From contig OY969938.1 of assembly GCA_963704755.1 (NCBI GenBank), positions 60,001 to 92,000 of the forward strand: a DNA stretch of 32,000 bases. The letters run 5' to 3'. The translations under genes were made by a program, and so were the position numbers. Below the pieces are notes generated by a model. It was given only the letters and a program-made list of their open reading frames with translations, searched no databases and was not told the DNA's origin. Below, piece by piece: positions 8,590-17,218 of the stretch (position 1 is the stretch's first letter; each line of letters starts with the position of its first letter). The stretch is from an uncultured Chloroflexia bacterium. GTDB lineage: Bacteria; Chloroflexota; Anaerolineae; Anaerolineales; Anaerolineaceae.

Positions 8590-8619
8590 CTGACCGGGTA
8601 AAATAATTTGTGCTAAAAT
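8590..8619 (+). promoter_or_regulatory. Candidate promoter for pfkA
   Basis: CTGACC (8590-8595), 18-nt spacer, extended -10 TGcTAAAAT (8611-8619). This would give a leader of about 115 nt. Confidence 0.3.
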
Positions 8620-8742
8620 CGGTTAGTTTTATTTAAGAAAATCCGGCCGGTAGAATAGGTATTTATTTATAAATTATTCGGATCTGGCCATGAAGTGATC
8701 GCTTCAAGAAAGAGAAATCCTGGAAAAAAGGCAGAGGGAAGC

Positions 8743-9711
8743 ATGAAGAAAATTGCAGTATTAACCAGCGGGGGAGACGCCCCTGGGATGAATGCGGCGA
8801 TCCGGGCAGTGGTCCGTACCGGTGTCGCCCATGGATGGGAAGTTTACGGCATCCGTAACGGCTATGAGGGGCTGATTGACGGAAAAATAAGCCAGATGGG
8901 CGTCCGAGACGTGGGCGGAATTTTGCAGCGCGGCGGAACCATGCTGGGGTCTGCTCGCTCGGCCGAGTTCAAGACCAAGGCCGGCCAGTTGAAGGCCATC
9001 CGTGCCCTCAATCAGTTTGGTATCGAGGGGTTGATTGTGATCGGTGGAAACGGCTCCCAGACCGGCAATTATGCCTTGCACTGCCTGGGCTTTCCGGTGG
9101 TAGGGGTTGCATCCACGATCGATAACGATTTGTTCGGCTGTGATATCACCATTGGGGTGGATACGGCCTTGAACATCGCCCTGGAGGCGATCGACCGCCT
9201 GAAGACTACCGCATCCTCGCACCAGCGGGCTTTCCTGATCGAAGTCATGGGACGGGATTGCGGCTATCTGGCGTTGATGGCCGGTATCGCCGGCGGCGCC
9301 GAAGCCGTGGTTTTGCCTGAAGTGGATACCAACCCGGAGGACATCGCCCAGACCCTGAGTGATGCTTATGAGAAAGGTAAAGCGCATGCCATCGTTGTGG
9401 TAGCCGAAGGCGCGAAATACAACGCCAGCAAGCTGGACGAATACTTCTTGCAGCACCGTGAGCGCTTGGGTTTCGACCTGCGCTCCACCATCCTGGGACA
9501 CGTCCAGCGCGGCGGCAACCCGGGCGCCTCCGACCGTATTCTGGCCAGCCGCCTGGGGGCAGGCGCGGTGGAAGCCATGGTCCGCGGAGAGTCCGGGGTG
9601 CTGGTTGGGGTGGTCGATTCCAAAGTGACTTCGACTCCCCTGGAGACAGTGGTCAACACGAAAAAGAAAATCGATCTGGAGCTGTTCGAGCTGGCCAAAA
9701 TGCTTGACTAA
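8743..9711 (+). CDS. pfkA: 6-phosphofructokinase (PfkA type)
   Basis: MKKIAVLTSGGDAPGMNAAIRAVV, STIDNDL, MGRDCGYLAL and LGHVQRGG are present. The ATG at 8743 has GAGGGA 4 nt upstream. The track start (GTG 8695) adds 16 non-homologous residues. Confidence 0.93.
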   Translation: MKKIAVLTSGGDAPGMNAAIRAVVRTGVAHGWEVYGIRNGYEGLIDGKISQMGVRDVGGILQRGGTMLGSARSAEFKTKAGQLKAIRALNQFGIEGLIVIGGNGSQTGNYALHCLGFPVVGVASTIDNDLFGCDITIGVDTALNIALEAIDRLKTTASSHQRAFLIEVMGRDCGYLALMAGIAGGAEAVVLPEVDTNPEDIAQTLSDAYEKGKAHAIVVVAEGAKYNASKLDEYFLQHRERLGFDLRSTILGHVQRGGNPGASDRILASRLGAGAVEAMVRGESGVLVGVVDSKVTSTPLETVVNTKKKIDLELFELAKMLD

Positions 9712-9716
9712 TTGAA

Positions 9717-9823
9717 ACTACTCAGCCATCGTAGAAGGAAAAGGGTATTTTTATTATTTTTTGCGTGCTTTGCACGCAAAAAATAATAAAAATACCCTCC
9801 CCTTCTGAACCTGCCTGAGTAGT
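9717..9823. terminator. Very long palindromic hairpin between convergent pfkA and prfB (bidirectional terminator candidate)
   Basis: Perfect 26-bp stem GGGTATTTTTATTATTTTTTGCGTGC (9743-9768) / its complement (9772-9797) with a 3-nt loop. Outer pairings GAAGG/CCTTC and ACTACTCAG (9717-9725) / CTGAGTAGT (9815-9823) extend it. Confidence 0.6.
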
Positions 9824-9859
9824 CGCGACCGATTTAATAAAGGTGTTGAAAGCAAATAT

Positions 9860-10937
9860 TTAGCGCCAGCGCAGGTAGCTTTCGATGAAGCCGCCCAGGT
9901 CACCGTCCAGGACGGCCTGGGTATTGCCTACTTCGTAATCGGTGCGGTGATCTTTGACCATCTGGTAGGGGTGCAAGACGTACGAACGGATCTGTGAGCC
10001 CCATTCGGCCTTCTGGTACACACCGCGCAGATCGGCCAGTTGCTTGTCCATTTCTTCTTGTTTAATCGCAGCCAGGCGGCCGCGCAGGACACGGAAGGCA
10101 TTCTCGCGGTTCTGCATCTGAGAACGCTCATTCTGGCAAGTGACCACAATCCCGGTTGGAATATGGGTCAGGCGGATGGCTGTGGCGTTCTTCTGGATGT
10201 TCTGCCCGCCTGCGCCTGAAGATTTGAAGATATCGATGCGGACTTCGTCCGGGCCGATGACGATTTCCTGGTCGTCTTCGATCTCGGGTAGCACTTCGAC
10301 CTGGGCAAAAGAGGTGTGCCGGCGGTGAGCCGAATCGAAGGGTGAGAGCCGCACCAGGCGGTGGACCCCTTTTTCGGATTTAAGATAGCCGTAGGCATAG
10401 CGCCCAGAGACCGCGATGGTCACGGACTTGATCCCGGCTTCTTCACCTTCGGTCATATCGATAATGTCGGTGGTGTAGTTGTGCTGCTCGGCCCAACGCA
10501 GGTACATGCGCTCGAGCATCGCGGCCCAGTCCTGTGAATCGGTACCGCCGGCTCCGGCATTGATGCTCAGCAGAGCATCACCTTTATCGTATGGCGCGGA
10601 GAGTAAGGTCGAAAGCTCACGGCGGTCCAGTTCCTGGCCGATTTCGGCTACTTCACTTTCGATCTCGGCTGCCATGCTTTCGTCGTCCATCTCGGCTAAC
10701 TCGGATAGGTCGGCGATGCGCTTTTCGAGCTTCTCCCAGGATTCTACTTCTTCGCGCAGGTCGGAGAGTTGTTTCATCACCTGGCGGGCTTGATCGGGAT
10801 CGTCCCAGAGGGCGTTATCCTCGGATTTTTTTTGAATTTCGGCCAGTTCTATTTTGCGGTTCGCGAAGTCAAAGATGCACCATTAATTCGTGGATACGGC
10901 CGGCATAATCGGCCAGGGTCGCGCTGATTTCTTGCAT
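9860..10937 (-). CDS. prfB: Peptide chain release factor 2, with programmed +1 frameshift
   Basis: ATG at 10937 with GGAGG upstream. Frame 0 reads MQEISATLADYAGRIHELMVHL then TGA (CTT 10874-10872, TGA 10871-10869, C 10868). The +1 frame from GAC (10870) runs without a stop into track ORF 9860..10780. SPF (RLSPFDS) and GGQ (SGAGGQN) motifs are present. Confidence 0.93.
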
Positions 10938-10956
10938 ATTACCTCCGTTGTGGGGT

Positions 10957-11865
10957 TTATCCTAGAATACCATCTACGTAGGATTCGCGGCTGAATTCTT
11001 GCAGATCCTCCGGTTTTTCCCCCAGGCCGGCAAACAGAATGGGAATCCCCAGTTCTTTTTGGATGGCAAAGGCCATCCCGCCGCGAGCGGATGAATTTAA
11101 TTTGGCCAGGATGATGCCGGTTACATTGACGGCTTCTTTGAATGCCCGCGCCTGGAGCAGTGCGTTCTGTCCGGTGGTTGCATCCAGGACCAGCCAGATG
11201 GCGTGTGGAGCACCGGGCATAGCTTTACTCGAGACCCGGTATACTTTCTTGAGCTCTTCCATCAAATTGTAGCGGGTGTGCAGGCGCCCGGCGGTGTCCA
11301 CGAAGACCAGGTCCATGCCGCGCGCCACCGCGGATTGGATACCATCATAGGCGACGGCCCCGGGATCGCCGTCTTGCTGTCCGGCGACCACCGGTAGGTT
11401 CAGGCGTTCACCCCAGGTCTGAAGCTGGTCCACGGCGGCTGCCCGGTACGTATCGGCGGCCACCAGTATCACTTTTTTACCCTGTTGTTGGTAGCGTTTA
11501 CCTAACTTGGCTATGGTCGTAGTTTTGCCCGAGCCATTGACTCCCACTACCAGTACGATCGTGGGCTTATGGCTGTCCAGATCGACGACAGGGGGTTGGT
11601 CGAGCCGGCGGATAAGTTCATCGCGCAAAACCTTGTTCAACTCGGATGCGCGAATGATGCCTTCCTGATCGGTTTTCTTTTGCAGAACGGCAATCACTTC
11701 CTGGGTGGTGTTGATCCCCAGGTCGGCCTGCACGAGCAAGGCTTCCAGCTCTTCCCAGGTGTATTCGTCGATATCCGTCGCGCCGAACACATTGGCCAGG
11801 TGGCCGAAGGCCGCTTTACTGGTGCGGTTTAGGGCGGTTTTCCATTTATCGAAGATGTCGGGCAT
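10957..11865 (-). CDS. ftsY: Signal recognition particle receptor FtsY (short form, NG domain only)
   Basis: GVNGSGKTTTIAKL (G1), DTAGRLH (G3), AKLNSSARGG (G4-like), and an N-domain helical bundle. Confidence 0.93.
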   Translation of the reverse strand: MPDIFDKWKTALNRTSKAAFGHLANVFGATDIDEYTWEELEALLVQADLGINTTQEVIAVLQKKTDQEGIIRASELNKVLRDELIRRLDQPPVVDLDSHKPTIVLVVGVNGSGKTTTIAKLGKRYQQQGKKVILVAADTYRAAAVDQLQTWGERLNLPVVAGQQDGDPGAVAYDGIQSAVARGMDLVFVDTAGRLHTRYNLMEELKKVYRVSSKAMPGAPHAIWLVLDATTGQNALLQARAFKEAVNVTGIILAKLNSSARGGMAFAIQKELGIPILFAGLGEKPEDLQEFSRESYVDGILG

Positions 11866-11880
11866 GGCGCTGAGATTATA

Positions 11881-12960
11881 TCACAGGGGTTCCGAATCCC
11901 CCTGGGCTCCTTCAGTTTGTTGGATGGCTAACTGGCCGCAGCCGGCCTGGATATCTATCCCGCGGCGGATGCGGATCGTGCAGGGGATGCCGTGACTTTC
12001 CAGTTCGGCTTTGAATGCGGCTGCGCTTTCGCGCGTGCTGGCTTTGCCGGTGTATTTTTGGGTCGGGTTGAGCGGGATCACGTTGACGTGACAGATCAGG
12101 CCGTGCAGCAGATGGGCTAACTGGCGGGCGGTCTCGGGCGAGTCGTTGACGCCCTGGATGAGGGCCCACTCGAAGGTCAGGCGGCGGCCGGTCTTGTCGA
12201 TGTACTCGTGGCAGGCCTGGATCAACTCTTCCAGGGGGTACTTGCGGTTGACCGGTAGAATCGCGCTGCGCTCGGCGTTGGTGGCTGCGTGCAGGCTGAT
12301 GGCCAGGTTGACCTGCCGTTTTTCCTCGGCAAACCGGCGGATAGCCGGCACCAGGCCGACCGTGGAAATGGTAAAGCGCCGGGCGCCTAAGTTCATGCCC
12401 TGGGCATCATTCAGCCGGTCAATGGCGGCCAGGGTGGCGTTGTAGTTATGGAACGGCTCACCCATGCCCATCAGGACCACGTTGGTGACCTGTTCGCCAT
12501 CTTGTTTGAGTACGCGCGCATAATAGAGCACTTGCTCGACGATCTCGCCGCTGCTCAAATTACGCTTGAAGCCCATTTGCCCGGTGGCGCAAAACACACA
12601 GCCCATGGCACAGCCGGCTTGTGAAGAAATGCACAGCGTACGGCGGGTATCGTAATGCATCACCACTGCTTCGATGGCCCTGCCATCCGGCAGGCTGAAC
12701 AGGGTTTTGAGCGTTTCGTGATCGGAGGAGTGCAGCACCCGGATCGGCTCCAGGTGCGAGAATGAAAACTCGTCAAAAAGCCTCTGGCGCAGCGATTTGG
12801 GCAGGGAGGTGAATTCCTCCGGGCGGCTCCACAAATGCTGGTACAGGCCCTGCCAGACCTGTAGCGCGCGATATTTCGGCTCTGCCCAGGAGGTGAGCAC
12901 TTCCTCCAACCTGGGTAGATCGAGATCGTAAATCAATGGGCGGATAGGTAGGGTTTCCAT
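11881..12960 (-). CDS. rlmN: 23S rRNA/tRNA adenine-C2 methyltransferase RlmN (radical SAM)
   Basis: CxxxCxxC radical-SAM cluster (CAMGCVFCATG), GMGEP, C-terminal catalytic Cys (QAGCGQL), and an N-terminal YRALQVWQ motif. Confidence 0.93.
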   Translation of the reverse strand: METLPIRPLIYDLDLPRLEEVLTSWAEPKYRALQVWQGLYQHLWSRPEEFTSLPKSLRQRLFDEFSFSHLEPIRVLHSSDHETLKTLFSLPDGRAIEAVVMHYDTRRTLCISSQAGCAMGCVFCATGQMGFKRNLSSGEIVEQVLYYARVLKQDGEQVTNVVLMGMGEPFHNYNATLAAIDRLNDAQGMNLGARRFTISTVGLVPAIRRFAEEKRQVNLAISLHAATNAERSAILPVNRKYPLEELIQACHEYIDKTGRRLTFEWALIQGVNDSPETARQLAHLLHGLICHVNVIPLNPTQKYTGKASTRESAAAFKAELESHGIPCTIRIRRGIDIQAGCGQLAIQQTEGAQGDSEPL

Positions 12961-13752
12961 TTACTCCAGGGTATCGACCAATTCGGTCAGGTCGGCGGCG
13001 ATGCGGTCTGGGCGGGGCTGGAACTTTTGGGCATCTTCCAGTGTGGACACGCCGGATAGCACCAGGGCCGTCTGGCAGCCGGCGTTGTGTCCTCCGAGAA
13101 TATCGGTTTCCAAACGATCCCCGACGACGAGTGCCTGTTGTGGCGTGACGCCTAACCGTTCGAGCGAAAGCAAGAATAAATCCGGAAAGGGTTTACCCAT
13201 CATCAGCGGCGTGACACCCGAGGCGGCCTCGATGGCGGCCAGGATCGAGCCGGCGCCGGGCGTCAATCCGCCCGGGGAAGGAAAGGTCTTATCGGGATTG
13301 GACCCAATGAACACAGCGCCCTCACGGATGATCCGCGAGGCGTAGGTCAATTTCTGATAGGTGAAGCTGCGGTCCATGCTGGCCACTACGGCGACACAGT
13401 CTTTTTCGGCATCAAAAAAGCCGGCTTCGTGCAGCGGCCGGGTCAGCCCTTCTTCGCCGACGATGTACACCGGGCCTCCCTGGGGGAATTTCTCTTGCAG
13501 ATAATGGACGATCGCAAGGGATGAATTGACGATCTGATCCTGGCCGGCCTGCACCCCAAAGCCCTTCAATCGCGCCTGGACCTGCGCCGGGGTGGCAGTG
13601 GCATTATTGGTGGCAAACCCAACCCGGTAACCCAGGCGGTCGATGCGGGCGAACAGCTCCGGCAAATTGCCCAGGGGTTGGTCGCCGCGCCAGACGACGC
13701 CGTCCATATCCAGAATAAGGGCTTTGATAGATGAGTTTTGGTCTGCTTTCAT
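12961..13752 (-). CDS. HAD-IIA family hydrolase (NagD / sugar-phosphatase-like)
   Basis: DxD nucleophile motif (LILDMDGVVWRG), ATNN motif (FATNNAT), GDRLETDILGG motif IV. The stop abuts the rlmN start with a 0-nt gap. Confidence 0.85.
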   Translation of the reverse strand: MKADQNSSIKALILDMDGVVWRGDQPLGNLPELFARIDRLGYRVGFATNNATATPAQVQARLKGFGVQAGQDQIVNSSLAIVHYLQEKFPQGGPVYIVGEEGLTRPLHEAGFFDAEKDCVAVVASMDRSFTYQKLTYASRIIREGAVFIGSNPDKTFPSPGGLTPGAGSILAAIEAASGVTPLMMGKPFPDLFLLSLERLGVTPQQALVVGDRLETDILGGHNAGCQTALVLSGVSTLEDAQKFQPRPDRIAADLTELVDTLE

Positions 13753-13772
13753 CGCTACCTGTTGAATAATGA

Positions 13773-13803
13773 GAAAGCCGGATCACGTACTTATCCGGCT
13801 TTC
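13773..13803 (-). terminator. Hairpin downstream of clpP (possible terminator)
   Basis: Stem GAAAGCCGGAT (13773-13783) / ATCCGGCTTTC (13793-13803). The T tract is better on the plus strand (CTTTTCG) than on the minus strand. Confidence 0.4.
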
Positions 13804-13898
13804 CTTTTCGTTGATTGATCAATGCCGTGTAACTACTCAAGCTCGAGCAAGAAGTCCCTGATGGCAGGCTTCCTTCCCATCGGACTGAAGCGTTACAC

Positions 13899-14504
13899 TT
13901 ATTTCTCGGGCGCGACCAGCACCTGATCGACCAGCCCATATTCGGAGGCTGTCTTGGCGTCCATGTAATAATCTCGTTCCGTGTCGCGCTCGATGACTTC
14001 CAGGGGCTGTCCGGTGGCATCTGCCATAATCTGGTTCAGGTGCGCCTTCAAGCGCAGGATTTCCCTGGCCTGGATCTCGATATCGGAGGCCTGGCCTTGC
14101 GCGCCACCCAGGGGTTGGTGCATGTGGATGGTCGCATGGGGTAAGGCATAGCGCTGGCCTTTTTCGCCGGCGGCGAGCAGCACGGTACCAAACGAGGCGG
14201 TCACGCCTACTGCCACGGTGCTGACCTTGTTGGGGATCATTTTCATGGTGTCATAAATCGCCATTCCGGCGTAAATCATTCCGCCAGGCGAATTGATGTA
14301 CATCTGGATCCCTTTTTCCGGGTCTTCCTTGCTGAGATACAGTAATTGAGCAACGATAACGTTCGCGACCTGGTCGTCGATGGGGGTACCCAGGAACACA
14401 ATGCGCTCTTTGAGCAGCAGGGAATAGATATCATAGGCGCGTTCACCGCGCCCGGTATTTTCGACGACCATCGGAATTACATTTTGAAATTCAGGAATGG
14501 TCAT
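13899..14504 (-). CDS. clpP: ATP-dependent Clp protease proteolytic subunit
   Basis: 201 aa with [16 protein letters not shown] and a Ser-His-Asp context ([30 protein letters not shown]). AAGGAG RBS. Confidence 0.95.
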   Translation of the reverse strand: MTIPEFQNVIPMVVENTGRGERAYDIYSLLLKERIVFLGTPIDDQVANVIVAQLLYLSKEDPEKGIQMYINSPGGMIYAGMAIYDTMKMIPNKVSTVAVGVTASFGTVLLAAGEKGQRYALPHATIHMHQPLGGAQGQASDIEIQAREILRLKAHLNQIMADATGQPLEVIERDTERDYYMDAKTASEYGLVDQVLVAPEK

Positions 14505-14534
14505 TTGTTCTCCTTTAGCATACCTCTCAGAGGG

Positions 14535-16088
14535 TCAAGCCTCGGGTTCGGGGCTGTCCTCTGTGGTTGATTTGGCTTTTTTGCGAGGTTTGCGTGTCTT
14601 CACAGGTTCGGCCGGTGTTTCTTCGGAGACGGCTTTTTCCGCGGGGACCTCGTCAACAGCCGGTTGGGTTTCGCTGGTTGCACTTTCGGCGTCAGCTTCG
14701 GTCGTTTCTGCGACCTTCTCTGCCAGCGCCTGGGCCTGTTCGGCCAGGACGGCTTCACCGGTGGCAATCGCTTTGAGCCGGTCGAGGACCAGCGTATTGA
14801 ACTTGCGGTTCAACACGTTCATCGTCATCGAATCGACCATATTTTGGTTGAGGCGATCTTTCTTGTTTTTCGGTTGGGGAAGGGTTTGCAGCGCTTGAAT
14901 CGTCTCGTTGACGGCTTCCTGGTAATCATTCTCCTCGAGCTTTACATTTTCAGCCTGGGCGAGCTTTTCCATCACCAAAGAACGCTCCAACCGTTTTTTG
15001 GCGGCTGGCTTGACCTCTTCCTCGATATAGGTATCCCGATCTTTGTCGATCATCTTGAAATAAGCCTCCAGCTCGATGCCCTGGCGGGCCACATCTTCTT
15101 TGAGATGCTCGAGCATGTGCTCGGTTTCGTGATCTAAAGACTGGGGAGGATATTTGATTGTTGCATCGGCCACGACTTTATCGATGAGGCTGGAGAAAAA
15201 AGTATCCTCGTACTCGTTCTTCTTGTTTTCCTCCAACTGTTCACGAACCGCGTTGCGCAATGCCTCGACGCTCTCGAACTGGCCAACGGTCTGAGCGAAA
15301 TCGTCGTCAATCTCGGGTAAAGTCATCGATTTGATGCTTTGGACGGTGATCTCGAATTCAACTTCTTTACCGCGGATGGCCTCGTCTTCGTCGTCAGCGG
15401 AGAATGTGTGCAGGATCCTCTTGGTCTCGTCGGCACTCAAGCCTGCCAACCGATCGTTGAAGCCGGGGAAAGGCCAATCCCGGTCCTGAACGACTTCGTC
15501 GCCGATGATGAACTGGGCCGGGCGCTCGGGGAAGACATCCGCGTCTTCACCTTCGGCCGGGTTGGTCAACTTACCGCTAAATTTGACGTACACCAGATCG
15601 CCTTTTTCAGCCGGTCGTTCGACCGGTTCGGCGGTGGAATAATTGGTCTGGAGCCGCTTGAGGAAATCTTCTACCTCAGAATCGCCGACTTCCTGGGGCT
15701 GGTATTCCTGGCGAATGCTCTTGTAATCGCCGAGCACAACTTCGGGCTCGAGCGGGACGAGGAAGGCCAGCTTGGGCGGGTTCATCTCGACGATTTCATC
15801 CAGGCTGCCAGAGGCGCCCGGTTGAACTTTGGCTTCATCGAGGATTTTTCCATACTGGTCGTCAACCAGGTCTTCAATGGCCTGCTGGTTGAGGGCCTCG
15901 TCGCCAATCACACGGCGGACGATATCGAAAGGAGCTTTACCCGGGCGAAAACCAGGGATACGAGTTTGCTTGGCCAGTTTGCGGGCCGCGCGGTGGACGT
16001 AACTGTCAAACTCAGCCTGTTCGAATTCGGCAATAATTTTGACTTGATGATCATCTCGGGGTTGGACTTCGAGTTTCAAATTGGGCAT
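14535..16088 (-). CDS. tig: Trigger factor (PPIase chaperone) with an extended charged C-terminal tail
   Basis: Ribosome-binding signature GFRPGKAP, a central FKBP-like domain and a C-terminal arm domain. I prefer the ATG at 16088 (MPNLKLEV), because the track start (TTG 16115) sits 2 nt from the tRNA-Leu 3' end. Confidence 0.9.
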   Translation of the reverse strand: MPNLKLEVQPRDDHQVKIIAEFEQAEFDSYVHRAARKLAKQTRIPGFRPGKAPFDIVRRVIGDEALNQQAIEDLVDDQYGKILDEAKVQPGASGSLDEIVEMNPPKLAFLVPLEPEVVLGDYKSIRQEYQPQEVGDSEVEDFLKRLQTNYSTAEPVERPAEKGDLVYVKFSGKLTNPAEGEDADVFPERPAQFIIGDEVVQDRDWPFPGFNDRLAGLSADETKRILHTFSADDEDEAIRGKEVEFEITVQSIKSMTLPEIDDDFAQTVGQFESVEALRNAVREQLEENKKNEYEDTFFSSLIDKVVADATIKYPPQSLDHETEHMLEHLKEDVARQGIELEAYFKMIDKDRDTYIEEEVKPAAKKRLERSLVMEKLAQAENVKLEENDYQEAVNETIQALQTLPQPKNKKDRLNQNMVDSMTMNVLNRKFNTLVLDRLKAIATGEAVLAEQAQALAEKVAETTEADAESATSETQPAVDEVPAEKAVSEETPAEPVKTRKPRKKAKSTTEDSPEPEA

Positions 16089-16116
16089 CCTTAAGTAAAG
16101 ATAGTTTCGAGTCAAA

Positions 16117-16198
16117 TGGGGAAGAGGGGACTTGAACCCCTACGCCTCACGGCACATGATCCTAAGTCATGCCTGTCTGCCAATTCCAGCACTTCCCC
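16117..16198 (-). tRNA. tRNA-Leu (anticodon TAG)
   Basis: The reverse complement folds as a class II tRNA. Acceptor GGGGAAG/CTTCCCC, 3-bp D stem with a long GG loop, anticodon stem CATGA/TCATG with loop CT-TAG-GA, 13-nt variable arm, T arm AGGGG-TTCAAGT-CCCCT, discriminator A. 82 nt, no encoded CCA. Confidence 0.9.
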
Positions 16199-16217
16199 TG
16201 ACTGGCATTGCGGACAA

Positions 16218-16226
16218 ATTATACCA
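16218..16226 (-). promoter_or_regulatory. Extended -10 element upstream of tRNA-Leu
   Basis: The minus strand reads TGgTATAAT, ending 19 nt before the tRNA 5' end. The -35 is weak. Confidence 0.35.
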
Positions 16227-16324
16227 TTAGAATGGTAAGACAAATATAGATGGTGTATATGCGTTATGTAAGAGGGGAAAGAGATTTTGAGACTAAAAGA
16301 CTGTTAATTGGTTATATTCTGAAC

Positions 16325-16749
16325 TCAAATTTCTACGGTAAGGAGCCACTTCTGATTGGTGAGCGAGGCGAGTGCGTTTGCAAGAATTTCTGAAATAAAA
16401 TTCATATCAAGCCACATTTTCTCTTTTTTCAAAGAGCGCTTTAACTTTTGATAACCTTTCAAGCAATTTAGGAGATTTGTAGCCGGAGGATAAGTTCCAA
16501 TTCGCATATCTTTCGAGAATAAAAAGTTCTTTTTCGAGATTCTTTTGCTTTCTATAAATTATGGCTAACTTTTCATAATAAAATGGTGCTAAAGACCAAT
16601 TGTTGATTTTACTATCTGCTTCTGTGGCTTCAATCAGGTGAGACAAAAGAGTTCTCAGCTTCCTCAAGTTTTTTCTCACGTATGAGAGCTTCAACTTCAG
16701 TTGCGTAAGTAGAAAAATGTTTTCCTTTATAATTTCCTGGGGTGTCCAT
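16325..16749 (-). pseudogene. TPR-like hypothetical gene broken by two frameshifts (or assembly errors)
   Basis: The ATG at 16749 (GAGGA RBS) gives MDTPGNYKGKHFSTYATEVEALIREKKLEEAENSFVSPD*. The reading continues sensibly in another frame (track ORF 16407..16694: ...LLSHLIEATEADSKINNWSLAPFYYEKLAIIYRKQKNLEKELFILERY...). It may continue again in a third frame (16325..16507). The switches occur at CTCTTTT and A6 runs. Confidence 0.5.
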
Positions 16750-16772
16750 TTATTTCCTCATGTAGATGCGAA

Positions 16773-16802
16773 ATTGTATGTTGAATAGTAAAATTCTTTC
16801 AA
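16773..16802 (-). promoter_or_regulatory. Candidate promoter of the TPR-like (pseudo)gene
   Basis: Minus strand: TTGAAA (16802-16797), 18-nt spacer, TACAAT (16778-16773), about 24 nt upstream of the ATG at 16749. Confidence 0.4.
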
Positions 16803-16929
16803 CTCCCAAAAACAAAACCGTGAAAAGGGTGTTTTTAGAAATCTGATCATGATATCAAGGGAGGTGAATTTAACTATACCAACCCTTTCTGAGTTTGACA
16901 TCTGGATTTATATAATGAGTTTCTTGTGT

Positions 16930-16972
16930 TCGGGCCGGTCTCCTGACCGAGCCCGTTCTTCAACATTGGCAG
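16930..16972. repeat. Solo copy of the hairpin repeat seen at 1589-1790
   Basis: 38 of 43 positions match the reverse complement of 1589-1631. The copy keeps the CGGTC-N4-GACCG hairpin and the CTTCAACATTGGCAG tail. Confidence 0.65.
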
Positions 16973-17218
16973 AAAATACGACTTGTTGAGCCGGATCACA
17001 GAATCACCTGCTCCTTTGGCGAATGAACACGCTGTTTCACTTTTGTTTGGGGTGCAACTTCTTTAAATTCAAATTTTTCGCTTATCTAAATGTGCTCTTG
17101 TTATAATTCACTATATAAATTGTAAGGGGAAAAATGGAAAAAACTAGGGAATTTTGATCGGTTATAACGAAAATGGTCTAAAAACATCTACGCACCCTGC
17201 TTATTTAGGATAATTTTA

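Noticed and set aside
16089-16115. Track start (TTG 16115) for trigger factor, which adds MTRNYLYLR.
   Set aside because: The codon sits 2 nt from the 3' end of tRNA-Leu, and the added residues are not TF-like. The ATG at 16088 (MPNLKLEV) matches TF N-termini, although its SD (AAGG) is very close to the start.
16849-16989. 46-codon ORF (MISREVNLTIPTLSEFDIWIYIMSFLCSGRSPDRARSSTLAENTTC) with a nearby GGGAGG-like sequence.
   Set aside because: The GGGAGG lies inside the ORF, not upstream of it. The ORF reads straight through the REP-like repeat, and its second half has a non-protein-like composition.
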